Assembly: GCA_963750165.1 (NCBI GenBank)
Contig: CAVVPN010000003.1
Location: forward strand, 1,824,001-1,888,000
From: an uncultured Gemmataceae bacterium
GTDB lineage: Bacteria > Planctomycetota > Planctomycetia > Gemmatales > Gemmataceae
Direction: 5' to 3'
Length of the DNA stretch: 64,000 bases
Shown here: one piece after another, positions 62,012 through 64,000 of the stretch
Layout of the letters: each line of letters begins with the position of its first letter
How positions within the stretch are numbered: position 1 is the stretch's first letter
The notes under the pieces: generated by a model
Told to the model about the DNA's origin: nothing
Database searches by the model: none
Seen by the model: the letters and a program-made list of their open reading frames with translations, nothing else
Made by a program: the position numbers and the translations under genes

Positions 62012-63193
62012 TCAGTTCTTCCCCTTCGGTTCCGGGCCGGTGCCGACGACCACTTCGGTCCCCTCGGTCAGGTCGCCGCCGACAACTTCCGTCACGGTGC
62101 CATTCGTCAGGCCGGTCTTGACGACCAGCGGCCGTACCAGGCCGCTCCTGTCCACCACCCACACCACCGGCCGCTTGGGGTTGATCAGCAGCGGCAGCGC
62201 GGGCCGATATTTTTCGACCACCTGCTGCGGCTGCGGCCGCCAGCGCAGCGCGGTGTTCGGCACCACCAGGGCGCCCTTGATCTCGCCCTGGAAACTCACC
62301 TGGGCGGTCAGGAACGGCAGCAGGGCGCCGTCGGCGTTGTCCACCTCGACCACCACGGTGAACACCGTCACGCCCTTGTCCTTGTCGAAGCGCGCGTTGA
62401 GCCGGGGTTGGTTGTCCGCGACGCGGCCCTTGAAGGTCCGGTCGGGGTAGGGCGCCACCGTGAATGTGACCGTCTTGCCGCCGGCCGCAGCGCGCACGTC
62501 CTGCTCCGGGACGGTGACCCACACCTGCAGCCGTCGCAGATCACTGGCGATGAGAAAGAGGCCCGGGGCGTTGCCGCTGGCGCCGACCTGCTGGCCGAGG
62601 TTGGCCCGGCGTTCGAGGATGGTGCCGGCCACCGGCGACCGGATGACGGTGTGGCTGAGGTTCAGTTCGGCTCGCACCAGGGCGGCCTTCTGCTGCATCA
62701 CCGTGGCCTCTGCGACGCGCACCTCGGCCGCGACCACCTCCAGCGCCGCCAGCGCGGCCTCCACGTCGGCCTTGGTGGCCGTCTTGGCCGCCTCGCGCGC
62801 CTTCACGCGCAGCAGTTCCTTTTCCGCCTGGTTGCCCCGCGCCAGCATCAGTCGCAATTCGGCCTCGGCGCGCTGCAGGTTCGCCTTGGCCTTCAGGACT
62901 TCCGCCTCAAAAGCGGTCGCGTCGAGGTAGGCCAGGACGGTGCCCTGCTTGACGACGCTGTTGAAGTTGATCGGCCGGTTCGGGTTGTTGGGGTCGGCGC
63001 CGAAGCGGTCGATGCGGCCAGCCACCTGGGCGCCGACCTCCGCCATCTCTTCCGGTTCGAGGGAGCCCGTCGCCCGGACGGTGGCCGGCAGCGTGGCGCG
63101 CTTGAGGGGGACGGTGTGGAAGGGGCTGTCGCCGGCGGTGGCGCTGGCCGCGGTCAGGATCAGGGTGAACAGGACGGCGAAGGTGGTTTTCAT
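62012..63193 (-). CDS. RND/MacA-type periplasmic adaptor (membrane fusion protein)
   Basis: ATGSLEP, VGAQVAGRI, VKQGTVLA.LD, coiled coil, IRSPVAGTI, FTVAPYP...F.G.V, VPNTALR. Confidence 0.88.
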   Translation of the reverse strand: MKTTFAVLFTLILTAASATAGDSPFHTVPLKRATLPATVRATGSLEPEEMAEVGAQVAGRIDRFGADPNNPNRPINFNSVVKQGTVLAYLDATAFEAEVLKAKANLQRAEAELRLMLARGNQAEKELLRVKAREAAKTATKADVEAALAALEVVAAEVRVAEATVMQQKAALVRAELNLSHTVIRSPVAGTILERRANLGQQVGASGNAPGLFLIASDLRRLQVWVTVPEQDVRAAAGGKTVTFTVAPYPDRTFKGRVADNQPRLNARFDKDKGVTVFTVVVEVDNADGALLPFLTAQVSFQGEIKGALVVPNTALRWRPQPQQVVEKYRPALPLLINPKRPVVWVVDRSGLVRPLVVKTGLTNGTVTEVVGGDLTEGTEVVVGTGPEPKGKN

Positions 63194-63217
63194 GATGGAT
63201 CTCCAAGGGTTGGCTGA

Positions 63218-63553
63218 CTATCCGGCCGCGTTGGCATTCCCACTCAGGATGCGAACCAGGATGCCGAGGATCTTCGCGGCACCCGGGAGGTAATATTCCT
63301 GGCGGTCAATCGTCAATTGAGCTTGAACCAGTCGCAAGAACCGCCAAACATTGCCGCTCGTGACGCACCCATAAACTTCGTCGGTAGTCGTCTTTGCTTT
63401 TTCGTTAAACACGCGGATGCCAGCCATCGCCGCGGCGCACTGGCCCAGGCCGCCGATGATGTCTTCCCGCTTGGCTTCCACGACGCGCTGGAGTTCCGCC
63501 ACGGCCGCCTCGACCGCCGCCAGCCGCTGTTCCGGCAACAGTTCTGTAGGTAT
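63218..63553 (-). pseudogene. chimeric remnant: short coiled-coil N-terminus fused to the C-half of a PD-(D/E)XK-like protein
   Basis: GGAGGT SD followed by ATA (not ATG); EQRLAAVEAAVAELQR runs directly into VEAKREDIIGGLGQC..AM...YGCVTSGNVWRFLRL. Confidence 0.6.
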
Positions 63554-63599
63554 GATTCAACCTCCACTTCAACTTCGCACTGCATCGACAATGGCCCGC

Positions 63600-64000
63600 T
63601 CACGCCAGCTGCGCCTGCGGCCCCGGCTGGAAGTCGCGCACCTCAAGCTCCACCGACCGCCGCCCCTGCCATTCGTTGATCTTCGGCGCGAACACCAGGC
63701 AGCACTGCCCCCCCGCCGACATCAGCTCCTCCACACAATCGCCCATGCCGAACGCGATGGCCCGCAGCTCGCGCTGGTGCTGCCGCACGCGAAAGCTCAG
63801 GTGCCGCTCGCCGTTGCCGACCTTGCGCGGCTCGCCGACCACCTGCAGCTCGCCCGCCAGTAGCAGCGGCTGCGGATTGCCGGCCCCGAACGGCTCCAGC
63901 AGCGCCAGCGCGTCCACCACACCCGTCGTCAGCGCCGCCAGCGGCACCTCGGCGTCGATGGTCAGTTTCGGCACCGGCGGCTCCGTGAAATGACTGCTCG
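63600..64000 (-). CDS. recJ: single-stranded DNA exonuclease RecJ, C-terminal part (5' end outside window)
   Basis: L.IDAEV.L, LEPFGAGNPQP, HLSF, AIAFG, INEWQGRRSVEL...D. Confidence 0.9.
   Translation of the reverse strand, partial: SSHFTEPPVPKLTIDAEVPLAALTTGVVDALALLEPFGAGNPQPLLLAGELQVVGEPRKVGNGERHLSFRVRQHQRELRAIAFGMGDCVEELMSAGGQCCLVFAPKINEWQGRRSVELEVRDFQPGPQAQLA

Overview
High-GC bacterial chromosomal window, most likely from a planctomycete (Gemmataceae-like). This is inferred from the BBP7-type beta-barrel, planctomycete-style Flp pilins, squalene-cyclase-fold membrane protein, sulfatases and giant secretin. The left half holds housekeeping and metabolic genes: FHA proteins, mutY, a LarA-like gene, truD, prpB/prpC, ribBA, a vapBC-like pair, inositol-phosphate synthase with a UbiA prenyltransferase, NADAR and lutAB. 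It also carries an oxalate module (OxlT-like antiporter plus oxalate-CoA-ligase-like gene) abutting a truncated sulfatase. The middle has an exbB-exbD-exbD cluster running into a membrane-anchored terpene-cyclase-fold protein that carries a TonB/TolA-type SxxxH helix. The centre-right is a Tad/Flp pilus locus headed by a sigma70-like promoter, a c-di-GMP-I riboswitch and five flp pilin genes, four of them nearly identical in DNA but with diverged spacers. The right end has a CocE/NonD hydrolase, a class III aminotransferase, a sulfatase, a ~1680-aa secretin, an RND/MacA-like adaptor and the 3' end of recJ. Intergenic DNA is crowded with many REP/MITE and short-repeat hairpin families. About 13 one- or two-base frameshifts, mostly deletions in CGCG/GCGC contexts, look like long-read sequencing errors rather than real pseudogenes. 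No CRISPR array, rRNA or tRNA was seen. All calls come from reading the sequence; no searches were run.
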